From positions 682,001 through 746,000 of the forward strand of contig CP145423.1 in assembly GCA_036867785.1 (NCBI GenBank): a DNA stretch of 64,000 nucleotides. Direction: 5' to 3'. This document shows positions 10,250 to 20,945 of this stretch, piece by piece (within the stretch, counting starts at the first letter, position 1; each line of letters begins with the position of its first letter). Source of the DNA: Plasmodiophora brassicae (Eukaryota). The translations under genes were made by a program, and so were the position numbers. The notes below the pieces were generated by a model. The model worked only from the letters and a program-made list of their open reading frames with translations. It did no database searches and was not told the DNA's origin.

Positions 10250-13200
10250 TGTGCTAACGCCGCCGCTGCCCACTACGGGGGCGGTCGGTCGCAAGAGTCG
10301 GCGCCTGGTGATATAACGAACTGATGTATTTGGACAGGATCGTCACAGCAAGGGCCGCTGCGGGGTCGAGTACGGTCATGATCATGTGACCGGGTGGCAG
10401 CAGCATCTGAGCAGCATCATCTGAGTACTGGTACTCTGGATGAACACTCCCCGTGTTAGAAATCTGCTAACAGTCGTGAGCAGAGCGGGTCTCCTTCGGC
10501 TTGTCGTTCGAGGAAGGCCCTGACGATATCAGGAACATCGGCCGCCATGACCGAGTAAGGTTCCCATGAATTGTCGGTGGCATCGAATCCGATCCAGTTG
10601 ATCAGTAGTTCAGTGTCACCTGACGTAGAATTGACTCGAATGTCCTCGACTGCGTTGACTTGGTAAGCCACGCCGGTGAGCGCGATGTTGTGCTTCAGGG
10701 AAGAGGTGACATTCAAGTGCGCATCTGCATAGAACATTAAGCGCTGGGCGTGTACATCTGAGATATGATCAGTCAAGAGATCTCGAACTCGATACACCCA
10801 GTCGTTGATGGTGTCGATAATCTGGGCAGGTCCAGTCCAGTTGTACTCGGACTTGGAGTGCTTGCCATGGTTGGCCACGAGAACATAGTCGCCCGTCGTG
10901 AAGTTGATCTCGCGAACATTGCGTCGGCGACGCCGGGCGCGTTGCTTGAGATCACGTAGATGGGTGCGTGTACGTGCCACTTCTTTGTGCATGTCCTCGA
11001 GAGAATCGATAAGTTCCGTCGTCATTTCCTTGAGACGGTCAGGGGTCAACGGTACGTCGATAACCGCGTCGATGCGTTTGTTGAAGATAATCGAGATAGG
11101 TGTCGAGGGTGGCAAACCCGTAAACATCGTGACAGGCGCGTAGCCCACACTTGATCGAACAGTGTGATTTACCGTCATGTTGATCAGCGGAAGGACATAC
11201 GGCCAATCCTGGAATGGAAGATTTAGCTCGGAGAGGAGGGACTTCAGCAGAAAGAGAAGCCGCTTGTTGACAACCTCAACCGTGCCGTTCGCCCAAGGTG
11301 TGTAGGCAGTTGTGAAATGATGGTTGCAGTGTAACCGGCTATTAAGCTCGGCGATAACCGCGTTTTTGAAGTGTGTGCCGCGGTCAGAGACATGTTGGAA
11401 AACAATGCCGAAACGTTTGAACCAATCCAGAAGAGATTCGGCGACAACGCTGTGATCCGCGAATTGACAAGGAATTAACTCGACGAATGCCGTGGCGTCG
11501 TCCTTCAGAACCAGAACATAACGAAGTTGATGAGAATCGCCTGGACGAGGTTTGGATAAGAACAGAAAGTCATAGTGGATGACCTTATTGGGCTTGTCCG
11601 CATGCATAGCCGTGCCAAAAGGTCGGGGAATCATCGAATCTTTGTTGCGTAGGCAGTGTAAGCATTTGTCCACAAATGCACGAACAAAGGAATCCAGATC
11701 AGGCCACCAGAAGAGTTGTGCGATGCTCGAAATAGTCGATGCAGCAGGTTGATGACCAGACAGTCCCATATGTGAAATCACTGCGATGCGTAGCTGCAGT
11801 GCATGTGATGGTACCCAGAGTTGATTGTCTGGAGTACGCCAGCCAGATTCCGGGCTAAGGTGGAGAGACATGTCCCCTTCGAGTTGGAGAATATCGGAAA
11901 CGGCAGATAGGTCGTGTTGGCGAATGTAGTCGGTCTGAGCGTTACTAATCTCGTCGACAGACGGCCAGATAAACTCATCGGTCATCTTGTAATCGTCGAA
12001 GTCAAGATTAATTGCCATATGACGAATAGAACGGAACGATGGAGGGGAAAATGAGGAGAGTGGTTGCAGGGCGACGCCCCACCGCGTGGCGAGGTCGGCC
12101 CAAACGTTGTCCTCCCCAGCAATGTGCTCAATGTGAAAATCTAGGTCGATAATCTGAAGTCGCCAGCGCTCCAAGCGATCGCCGGTCGTCCGACTAATTC
12201 GTGCAACCGAGGCTGGGTTCAGAATGAAAACCAAATTACGGTGGTCTGTGAAGATTCGAAGTGCCAGCTTTGACATAGAGATGAAGTGTCTGAGGCGATA
12301 GCAGCCTTCAATGATGGCGTAGGCCTCCTTCTCAATGGTCGCCCACTTCAATTGAGAACCACGGAATGTCCCCGAGATGAACGACAAAGGTTCGTGGTGT
12401 TGCTCACCGTACGGGAGATCAATATCTTCCGGAGGGATCTGCGACAGGAAAACAGACCAGAAACGGTCACTCGCATCCGGAAAGAGACACATGATCCATT
12501 CGTCCTTGGGGTGCGCCAGCGTCATGGCCTCCGATAGTCGATGCTTCAGAGAATTGAAACTGGTGAGATGGTCAGTGGTCCAGCCGATGTCGGCTAAACG
12601 AACTCGACGTAGGTGTGATTTCTTCAGACTGCTGACAGAACGAGAAGCGGACAGAAGTAGATCCTGTAGCGGATGAACATGTGCCGCGAATTGAGGGATA
12701 ACAGAACGGACCCAATTGAGGCCCGAGAGGAACTGTTGGAGATCAGCAGCCGTGATAGGAGTTGATAGATCGTGCAAGGCGTTGAGATACGAGCGATCGA
12801 ACGACACTCCATCAGCGGATATAACGCGACCGCACCATGTCACTGAAGTGAGATATAACTGGCAGCGATCAGGGTTGAGTTTAACTCCAAACTCGTCGAA
12901 AGCGTTGAGAAGAGATTCGAGTGTGTCCATGTAGGCTCCGAATCCAGATACGTAGCCGAGGATATCGTCGATCCAGAGTAGGGCGCAGATATATAGAAGT
13001 TTCCCCAACACCTGTTGCATTCCCGCCTGGAACGCAAACACGCAATCAGCGATTCCCTGGATGATGCGCCTGGGTGTAAACGTGGCGATGTGCGTCATGA
13101 ACGAGCAGGCCTCCTGCGAATCAGGGTGCAACGGAAATTGCCAATAGCCTTTAAAGGCATCGAACAGCATGAAGATGGTCGCGGAACGTAGGTAGGTCAG

Positions 13201-15585
13201 GATGATGTCGATGTGAGGCATCGGCCATGCAATGCGTTCGGTCTGTTTGTTGACGGCTTCATTGATGTCGACGGTCAGCCGATGGCCGCGAACCTCCGTG
13301 TCCTTCTTGTCGACGACCAGACACGGCGACGCGTACCTGCTGTGCGGATTGCGGTACACAAAATCGTTTTCCGCCAAGGTTCCTACGTGATCATCCATGA
13401 ATTTTTGATGTTCGAGGGTATACCTTCGTGTTCGGCAACGAACAGGACGAGCATCTGCTTTGAAGTGTAGTTTCAGTGGACTTACTTTCGCAGGTGGATC
13501 ACGGCCAAGCTTCGTTCGCCATATGTCTTTGTGTCGATTGACAGTTGTGCGTAGACGCGGGACTTGATCGTTAGGGAAACCGGAGTCAGTTGCACGTTGT
13601 ATCATCCGGTCTATTGCCCTGTCCACGTCTGTATCGGAGTGTTCTCCGATTTCGACATCATAGTCGTCACCCGGATCATTGGTGTCCAATTGGGGCTCAT
13701 GATCGCGAGTTGTTCCACTTACCTCCGGGTGTCTTACCGCTCTCATCGTGATCCCTTGACCACCTGGGGCGTGACGTTCCGGGGTCGGATCCGCTTCGAT
13801 GATGATAGGACCATTTGCCTCGATTAACATCTCCTTCAGTTGTGTAGCTGGATTGATACCCAACGCGTCCAGTTCCGGGGCTCCTAAAAGGACAATGTCA
13901 TCAGATAGGTCTTCGCGACATACGTTGATTTCCCGCCCGCGTAGATGTGCAGGTTTGCCATGCGAAGGTGGGACAATGGTGATGTCCACGATCGCTGTGG
14001 CGACAATTGTTGTCGTAGCCCCGATCGTTGCAAGTTTCGCCTCCGTTGGATGGTCGAACACTTTGACTGGGACATGCTGGATGGCTTGAATCCGTAGCAG
14101 TTGCGATTGCGAAATGACGGTCTTCGTCGCACCACTATCGGCTTCGAATGGAAGGTCGAGCGAGTTCTGGAAGCGAAGTCTCATAGGGGACGGTGTTGAC
14201 GGCGACGGCGGGCCCATGCGCTTTGCCGTGTCTGCGTTGCCCTTACTCTCCTCCTTCTCTTTGCGCTCTTTCTGGAACTTTTCAATGGCAGCTTTGCGTT
14301 CTCCTTGAGTTGCCTTCGGGCACACTTGGACCCAGTGCTGCTCCTTGCAGATTAGGCAACCTGCCTTTGGAGGATCCTTACCTTCGAAACGTTTTCGGAT
14401 GTGCTCGGGGATGTCCCTCGATTCGTCTTTCGTTTGCGATGTGGACGATTGAGCTGTCTTCAGTCCGATCGGATTTGTCGGATGCTTGCCGCCATTCCTA
14501 TTCGGAGCAACAACGTCCTTACCTTTCTTACCTGCAGGTGGGGACATGGTCTGCGCTGGAGACTTCTTCTTCTCAGCTTGCAGCCGGAAGTGTTTGTCCT
14601 GCTCTTTGGCAAGACGGTCGACGAGGTCGAAGAATTTGAGCTCGTCCTTCTCAGCGTCCCTGCACCCTCCGAACTCGATCGCGCGTTCGACTAGAACCGC
14701 AAGGTCAGTGGGACGGATACCTCCGCGTAATACCTTGATCTTGCGCTTGGTTCCTTTCGTTCCTTTGGCGTATGTGTCTTGTAGCCCATAGTCGTCGATT
14801 AGCTCATCGAACTTGGCGAAGAAAGACGTGACACGTTCCTCAATACTCTTGATTGACAGGTTCATGACCACTGTCTTCGTGAGAAGCGCCTTGATGTCTG
14901 TCGAACTCTCGACATCAGCCTCCCTGCGTTGGACTGACCTCAAGTAGCTCATGATGTCGCCATCCGTGATCGTGCTGGCGGGTTGACGTAGGCGATATTT
15001 CGACATCCCTCTGAGGACGTCCTCGGTAATGCATGACTTCACCGTTGGCGGATGAATATCCTCCTTGTAGATCAGTCGGCGCTCGTTAACGATCTCGACG
15101 TGTTTCCTATATTTCTTGAGGAAATCGTTAATTCCGTCCTTGGCCGTAAGGCTCAGGGTACGTAGGATGGGCGGTTTCAAAGGCATAAAGATCGGGCTCT
15201 TACCGTGCAGGTTTGTTGACTGAAGCCCTCGATCGATTTCGTCATCTGTCGACGATTCATGCTCCTTGGCCTCGGCGTCGGAGTTGGTCCTGGCGTCGTC
15301 CTCCATCTGTAGACGAACGGGCGCTCTGCGGCCACCTCCTGCCATTAAGTGAGTTCGTTTGCTTGGGGCTCTTTGCGCAAGAAGCTTCTGTGCTAACGCC
15401 GCCGCTGCCCACTACGGGGGCGGTCGGTCGCAAGAGTCGGCGCCTGGTGATATAACGAACTGATGTATTTGGACAGGATCGTCACAGCAAGGGCCGCTGC
15501 GGGGTCGAGTACGGTCATGATCATGTGACCGGGTGGCAGCAGCATCTGAGCAGCATCATCTGAGTACTGGTACTCTGGATGAACA
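10250..15585 (-). mobile_element. Intact Gypsy family D, identical 197-bp LTRs (10250-10446, 15389-15585), TSD ATGAC
   Basis: LTRs read identical; TG..CA ends; ATGAC at 10245-10249 and 15586-15590; PPT-like GGGGAG before the 3' LTR. Confidence 0.97.
10456..15345 (-). CDS. gag-pol: Uninterrupted 1629-aa Gag-Pol polyprotein with chromodomain
   Basis: CLICKEQHWVQVC knuckle, ADSGA protease, LLWIDDILG RT, FTDHRNL RNase H, H..H..CLHC plus DDE integrase, LINWIGFDATDNSWEP chromodomain. Confidence 0.95.
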   Translation of the reverse strand: MAGGGRRAPVRLQMEDDARTNSDAEAKEHESSTDDEIDRGLQSTNLHGKSPIFMPLKPPILRTLSLTAKDGINDFLKKYRKHVEIVNERRLIYKEDIHPPTVKSCITEDVLRGMSKYRLRQPASTITDGDIMSYLRSVQRREADVESSTDIKALLTKTVVMNLSIKSIEERVTSFFAKFDELIDDYGLQDTYAKGTKGTKRKIKVLRGGIRPTDLAVLVERAIEFGGCRDAEKDELKFFDLVDRLAKEQDKHFRLQAEKKKSPAQTMSPPAGKKGKDVVAPNRNGGKHPTNPIGLKTAQSSTSQTKDESRDIPEHIRKRFEGKDPPKAGCLICKEQHWVQVCPKATQGERKAAIEKFQKERKEKEESKGNADTAKRMGPPSPSTPSPMRLRFQNSLDLPFEADSGATKTVISQSQLLRIQAIQHVPVKVFDHPTEAKLATIGATTTIVATAIVDITIVPPSHGKPAHLRGREINVCREDLSDDIVLLGAPELDALGINPATQLKEMLIEANGPIIIEADPTPERHAPGGQGITMRAVRHPEVSGTTRDHEPQLDTNDPGDDYDVEIGEHSDTDVDRAIDRMIQRATDSGFPNDQVPRLRTTVNRHKDIWRTKLGRDPPAKVSPLKLHFKADARPVRCRTRRYTLEHQKFMDDHVGTLAENDFVYRNPHSRYASPCLVVDKKDTEVRGHRLTVDINEAVNKQTERIAWPMPHIDIILTYLRSATIFMLFDAFKGYWQFPLHPDSQEACSFMTHIATFTPRRIIQGIADCVFAFQAGMQQVLGKLLYICALLWIDDILGYVSGFGAYMDTLESLLNAFDEFGVKLNPDRCQLYLTSVTWCGRVISADGVSFDRSYLNALHDLSTPITAADLQQFLSGLNWVRSVIPQFAAHVHPLQDLLLSASRSVSSLKKSHLRRVRLADIGWTTDHLTSFNSLKHRLSEAMTLAHPKDEWIMCLFPDASDRFWSVFLSQIPPEDIDLPYGEQHHEPLSFISGTFRGSQLKWATIEKEAYAIIEGCYRLRHFISMSKLALRIFTDHRNLVFILNPASVARISRTTGDRLERWRLQIIDLDFHIEHIAGEDNVWADLATRWGVALQPLSSFSPPSFRSIRHMAINLDFDDYKMTDEFIWPSVDEISNAQTDYIRQHDLSAVSDILQLEGDMSLHLSPESGWRTPDNQLWVPSHALQLRIAVISHMGLSGHQPAASTISSIAQLFWWPDLDSFVRAFVDKCLHCLRNKDSMIPRPFGTAMHADKPNKVIHYDFLFLSKPRPGDSHQLRYVLVLKDDATAFVELIPCQFADHSVVAESLLDWFKRFGIVFQHVSDRGTHFKNAVIAELNSRLHCNHHFTTAYTPWANGTVEVVNKRLLFLLKSLLSELNLPFQDWPYVLPLINMTVNHTVRSSVGYAPVTMFTGLPPSTPISIIFNKRIDAVIDVPLTPDRLKEMTTELIDSLEDMHKEVARTRTHLRDLKQRARRRRRNVREINFTTGDYVLVANHGKHSKSEYNWTGPAQIIDTINDWVYRVRDLLTDHISDVHAQRLMFYADAHLNVTSSLKHNIALTGVAYQVNAVEDIRVNSTSGDTELLINWIGFDATDNSWEPYSVMAADVPDIVRAFLERQAEGDPLCSRLLADF

Positions 15586-15590
15586 ATGAC

Positions 15591-16160
15591 GAGGGTCCGC
15601 ATGAGCGCTTGTAAACCGGATGGGCGCACAGCACCCAGTAGGTACTTGACCAGGTTCTTCCGTCCCTCGCGGGACGTGAAGAGGTCCTGCCACCCGTTGC
15701 GCGCGACCAATTCCTCGTACTGCTGCACGAGGTTCACGACCCTTGCCGCTGGTGTGGTGATGGTCAGCTTCATCGCCAGCTTCCGCATCTCCCGGTCGAT
15801 GTTCGCGTCCGTCGAGCGATCCTGCTCCAGATGCCTCTTCATCCAGTCCATCAGGTCGCTCTCCGTCACCCCCTCGGCGTCCTTGCCGAGTTCCCACTTG
15901 CAGATCGCCCTGAGCAGACCGGGGTCGATCATACTCCTCACTGACCGCGGGATCTGGCCCTTGGCGTTCGGATCGTCCCGGAAGTGATTCCGATACGTCT
16001 TCAGCTCGGCCATGAACGTCGTGACGGCCTTGCGGTCCATGCTCTTCAAGGTCGGCGCCTTGTTCATCTGCAGGACGATCGTTGAGCCTTGCACGCTCTG
16101 TCCTTGTTGTCGATCATCGACGTCATCTTCCAGCAGCATCTCCTGCGCGGTGGCCACCAT
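15591..16160 (-). CDS. gag: Element E gag, N-terminal part
   Basis: Near-identical to 62060-62630. It joins 10249 in frame (…RTLVMKRQTD…) once D is removed. Confidence 0.85.
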
Positions 16161-17149
16161 CGCGTCCTTCTTTGAAACCTTCCCCGAAAGGATGTTCAAG
16201 AGATCTCTGTGACGTCCCAACGGTGATGGTATATCAGCCGTGTAGTATAATCGTCTGTCCCCGACCTGCAGCTCCCACGGACGCCGTGCGGACTCCGTGC
16301 GCACTCCGTGCATGTCCGTCATTCTTAGGGCGGCCTAGCCGGATCACAGCTATTCTTGTCTTATAGCTTGGAGCCGGCACACAGGTGATTCAAAGCAATG
16401 CATGTCAGCTGCGGCGTCGTAAAACAGAACCGAATCGCTTGAGGCTTGACCCTCGCGGCTTCCGTGCGGTTGCCCTCACGGTCAATGACAACTGCACAAT
16501 AGCGATCATACTGCTCTTTCAGCTTCAAGATCGACGTGGAGTCCAACTTCGCGACCCGTGGCAGGATGCTGACATCCGCGTCCTTGACACCAATATGCTC
16601 GTCCGTGCTGGACGTCGTCTCCGATGCCATGGCGCAGCGTCTCGAACGTGGTGCGGACGAAGTCAGACGTGTGGGATCAGACAGAGTGCGCACTGTAGTC
16701 AGTCTCGAGCCAATATCCCAATGAGCTTTATCATCCATCCCATCCACGGCGTCGGCCCTGCCATCACAGTGGAGCTAAATCCTTGCAGGCCCCCTTTTCC
16801 TCTGGACAGCAGGACCCCCTTTTCCTCAGGACAGCGGCAACTTGGGGTCGGGCACGAGACGCTAAAAATAGAGCCCCGCTCTACAGACGAAATCTTTGCA
16901 TAGCGGGGACATAATTTTTGCATGACGGGGAACAAATTGAACGATGACGATTTGTCTGTCTGAAACCGATAGCTGGAGCGTTAGGTGCGTGCGCGTGGCG
17001 GCGACGCAGCGCACAGTGCCATGGGCGCCCGCCGCGTCCCGCAGAACGCACATGTGCGTCGAAGAACTGCTCGACGATGTCTTTAGTCAGTCGTGAACAA
17101 CCAAACACATCACGAAGATGCTGGCAGCGGCTCGTGTAAACTCCTCATA

Positions 17150-17500
17150 AAACTGGGGCAGATAATAAATCATCCACTTCCAAAGATCCCGTCGGACACA
17201 TCCGCTCCTCGTCTCCATGGTGTGCACACTCGTAGGTACGGTACAACCTTTGGGTGAAGACAAGTCGCCGGTCCTTGCAATACGGTAGGAATTCCCTCAT
17301 GTGGTCGTACGTCTGACGGATATCGTCTGTCGTTACTCGCCGGCCGGCCACGAGCAGAACCGTCGCGGGATTGCGATACCCCGTTCAAATGACGGGAGAC
17401 CGTTGACTGAGCACAGCCAACCTCGCGTGCGATCTCCACCTGCGAACGATTGCCGTCAAGAGCATGCATAAGACGATCTTCGCCTTCGTCGATATGTGGC
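17150..17500 (-). pseudogene. Probable Tc1/mariner-type transposase N-terminal HTH fragment
   Basis: GNRSQVEIAREVGCAQSTVSRHL...RGRP(frameshift)RVTT resembles the paired-like HTH plus GRPR motif. No DDE domain or terminal inverted repeat could be confirmed. Confidence 0.55.
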
Positions 17501-20315
17501 TTCCGCGGGAGAAGAGACTACGAAATCGCTCTGGAACAGATTCCACAGCGACTTCGTCGGCCGACAGTCGGGCAGTACTTCGACCCGGCTAGGTGCTGTA
17601 CAATATCTATCTTCCAGAAACGGCATTGGCCATGCAGTTGCCTCACCCATGGCATTGACCTCTCGTAAGTCAACACACATTCTCCATCCTCTGTTGCCAG
17701 GCTTTCGTACAACTGTGACGTCCTTAAAGCTTCGAGACGTTCGCGGTGAGAAGCTAACTGAGCTCCCTGGCTGTCTGCTGATAGCCTCTCAGTCTATGAC
17801 GTCAACTGTCTCTCTCTGGTGACTATTGTCAGTCTGGTTTATTTCGGGCCGTCTGGCCTCACGCCCTCCACTGTGTCTCCGGAGTCCGCGACGGGCTCCG
17901 GAAGTCCGCGGTCTATTCTTGGAAGCACACGACTGGTCTGACGGGAACTGCGCATGTCCGGCAAGTGATCGGCGGTCTCGGCGGCCGTGCCAGGACAGGG
18001 GGTGATGACCGTGAACAACATCATAGGTGCTGCTATGCTGTACATATGATACACTCCCCTCCTCAAAATAACGTCCCTCTTCGTGCTGTGACCTTGGAGC
18101 TGGCATGAATGGCATCTTGTCATACGGAATAAACGTCTGTTGCATTGTTTCTGTTATGGGTGAACATTTGGAGAAAAATTATGTGGGAATCATTCTTCCG
18201 TAGGTTATGTTTTCCCCAGTCCGTCACACACTCTTTTGGGCGGCGGACCTCGACGTCGCCGTGATGTCGATCGGCCCTGAGACCATGACTCCTGTCAAGG
18301 TACTGCGAGGCTTGCCTTCTGGCTCACTCGCTAAACCCACTAAAACCCATCTTGTTCAGTGACCATAACTGTGCGATGTCTAGTTGCGACGTCGCCTCTT
18401 GGTCGAGGCGCTTGCCTGACCTGGCGTCTTTCGCTTGACTGATTTCTTTGGGACCTTCGTCTTCTGCAATGGCTCTGGCAGCATTTTCTGTACCTCTTCT
18501 GCCAATGCATGACTACTGTGTCCATTGATGAATTCTTGCACCATCTTGGGCTGATCTTCAATGATGACACTTGCTGGTTCCCATGTGGATTCTTCATCAC
18601 TGAAACCACGCCATCGTATCCGTAATTCTATGGTCTGATCACGATTCTTGCGTGCATCCATTATTTCTTGGATTTCCCATGTGGCGTTATCATGGGCTAT
18701 TTGTTCTTTGAGTTCCTCTGTGATGTTGTGCTTCTGATCGCAGTAGAATTGGAGTCTACTCCCGTGTACAATGTGATGGTCGCCATTCACTAGATCTTCG
18801 ACCTCGAAGATGTAGTTTGAGTGAACGTCTGTGACACGGTATGGCCCTCGCCATTTCAGAAATAGTTTCTCTCCAGCTCTGAGCGTTTCTGCTCGCAGAA
18901 CAAAATCTCCTTGATAGACATTCGGTGGCTTCCGATTTCCCCTTTTCTCGCCGTTGCGCTCTCTGGCGCGCGCTGAGATCTGCTACTTCTTTGTGCATCT
19001 CATTCATCGCGGCTATAAGCTTATCGGTGAGAGCTTGGATTCTCTCAGAAGTGAGTTGGGTAACACTGACTTGTGTTTCCCTTGTAGGGTTCATGCATAC
19101 TGCTTCTAGTGGGTCATCATCTGGTTCCAGCCCACTATGAACCTGCACAGGCGCTCGCCCTCCCAGTCTCTGCTGTGGCCGATGGTTGAGCACGTGCTCT
19201 ACCACCTTGAGCAGCCATGGCCATTCTTCCTTCTGCCATCTTAGGTCGGAACAAATGGCGCGGAAGAGTGCCAACACATGCTTGTTGACGACTGCAACTG
19301 TGTCGTTGGGATAATGTATGTACGCCGTTGTCCAATGTTGCTTAACATTGCAAAGCTTATTATACTCCCTTGTAACCTCAGACATGAAATATGATGCCTG
19401 GTCGGAGACAATGAATTCTGGTGTTCCCGACTTGGATCTCCACTCCATCAGTGCCTGTACCGTTGTCAAACTGTCTGGTACGACTGTTGGCACGAGGTGT
19501 ACAAGTCCCGAGAGGTCATCTCGAAGTACGAGAATCCATTTGAAATCATGTCCAGCCTCTTCCATTGACGGCATCATGTACAGGTAGTCCATGTGGAGTA
19601 CCTGTCCACGTCTGGTTGCATGGCACGCGTGACCTAATGGTCTGGGACACACCTCTCCACCTCTTGTGGGTCTACAGTGTAGGCAGCCTGTGGCTATGCG
19701 CTTAATGTCCTCTGATATGCCGTTCCAGATAAACTTCTTCCTTAGAAGTTGCGTCATGTCATTGATGCTGCGATGCGCGAAGCCTGCAGCGTGCGCAATG
19801 ACTGTTAGCCTGACCCTGAGCTCCACATCTTCTGATGGGATGACTATTTGGCCTCTGCTATTAACTAGCAGGCCTGCGTCGTTCTTCCTCAGGTTATTCT
19901 GCTTGTCGTTCGTCATGAACCTTAATTGCCTCTCTCTGATTTCTTCCTCAGTTGGCCAGACAAGCTTCTCGTCTAACATGGGTTGGACTCGGAATTTGTC
20001 AGCGAGTTGCCCCCAGCGGTTGTGGATTTCCGGATAACTCACTTGATCCTCATTCTCCCGCCCACTATTGTTGGGTACACCGTGTTCATGGATTTCCGGA
20101 TAACTCACTTGATCCTCATTCCCCATTTCCCCATTCGAAGCTTCCGGATCACTGGCGCGATCCTCATCACTACGAATTCGAAGTATTCGGAAAACGTTTG
20201 TGGCGTCCTCGTACTTACCTGCCCGGTGTCGATTTGGGTTTCCAACTCAGCATCTCTTCTGAGACCACTGTCCACTCCCCATCGTGTTTGCAAATCCGTC
20301 CACACATTCTTCTCC

Positions 20316-20385
20316 TGTAGACCGGACCGCCAACTAGGCCACGAGAGCAGCTGCTCTCGTGGCCTAGTTGGCGGTCCGGTCTACA
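20316..20385. mobile_element. 70-bp perfect palindromic insertion, TGT..ACA ends, 4-bp TSD CTCC
   Basis: 35-bp arm plus its exact reverse complement. Removing it restores IEHIPGE|KNVWTDLQTRWG. Confidence 0.9.
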
Positions 20386-20945
20386 CTCCCCAGGAATATG
20401 TTCGATCGTGAACGTGTACTTCCTCAGCTTCATTCCCCAGCGTTCCAACCGCTCTGCTGCTGGTTGTGTACATTTCTGTGGGTTATATATGTGCATGAGG
20501 TTCCTGTGGTCGGTGTACAGTCTGAATGGTTTTCCCGTTTGTAGGAGATAGTCCAGTTTTTCTACCACGTCCAACAGGGCACTGGCTTCTTTGTCTGGCG
20601 TAGACCAGTTCAATTCTGAGCCTGTGAATTTGTGTCCTGTGAATCCTAGTGGTTGGTGGTTGGCTTCCCACACTGGTTTGTCCTTATCTTCCAATGGGAT
20701 TTGCGTTACCATTCCCGCTCTGTGGAACTTGCTGGCGTCTGCAAACACGCACTGTATCATATCCTTTCTTGGATACGCCAGCTGAGTGTTTCTCCCAATC
20801 AATTCCTTCAGCTCTTCGAATGCCTTAGCATGCAGATCATTCCAGCCATGCCTCTTCAGTCTTATTCCTCCAGCGACGGATTTGGTCCTTCTTGGCTGAT
20901 CCTTCATGGATTTCTCATAGATGTCTTGCAGGGGTAGGACAATCC

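Larger units (their letters stand above)
5780..16381 (-). mobile_element. Gypsy family E (chromodomain), LTRs 5780-5953 and 16208-16381 (174 bp), TSD CAGG; split by element D
   Basis: Matching LTRs, PPT GAAGGAGGGGAA (5954-5965 on the minus strand), CAGG at 5776-5779 and 16382-16385. Confidence 0.95.
4014..16885 (-). mobile_element. Gypsy A1, degenerate: 5' LTR 16694-16885; gag 16630-16382 and 5779-~5600; protease ~5559-5014; RT 4998-4017; split by element E
   Basis: Removing E restores QLTCIALNHLFLNNVD. ELDSG protease and WIDD RT motifs are present. It has a premature TAA near 5014, a gag deletion and a 3' truncation. Confidence 0.85.

Noticed and set aside
15393-16322. ORF-track proteins that run through LTRs or across junctions (also 6152-10294 N-terminus, 61471-62850, 33921-34622, 20215-21090)
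   Set aside because: They are chimeric read-throughs across insertion junctions defined by TSDs, not real genes.
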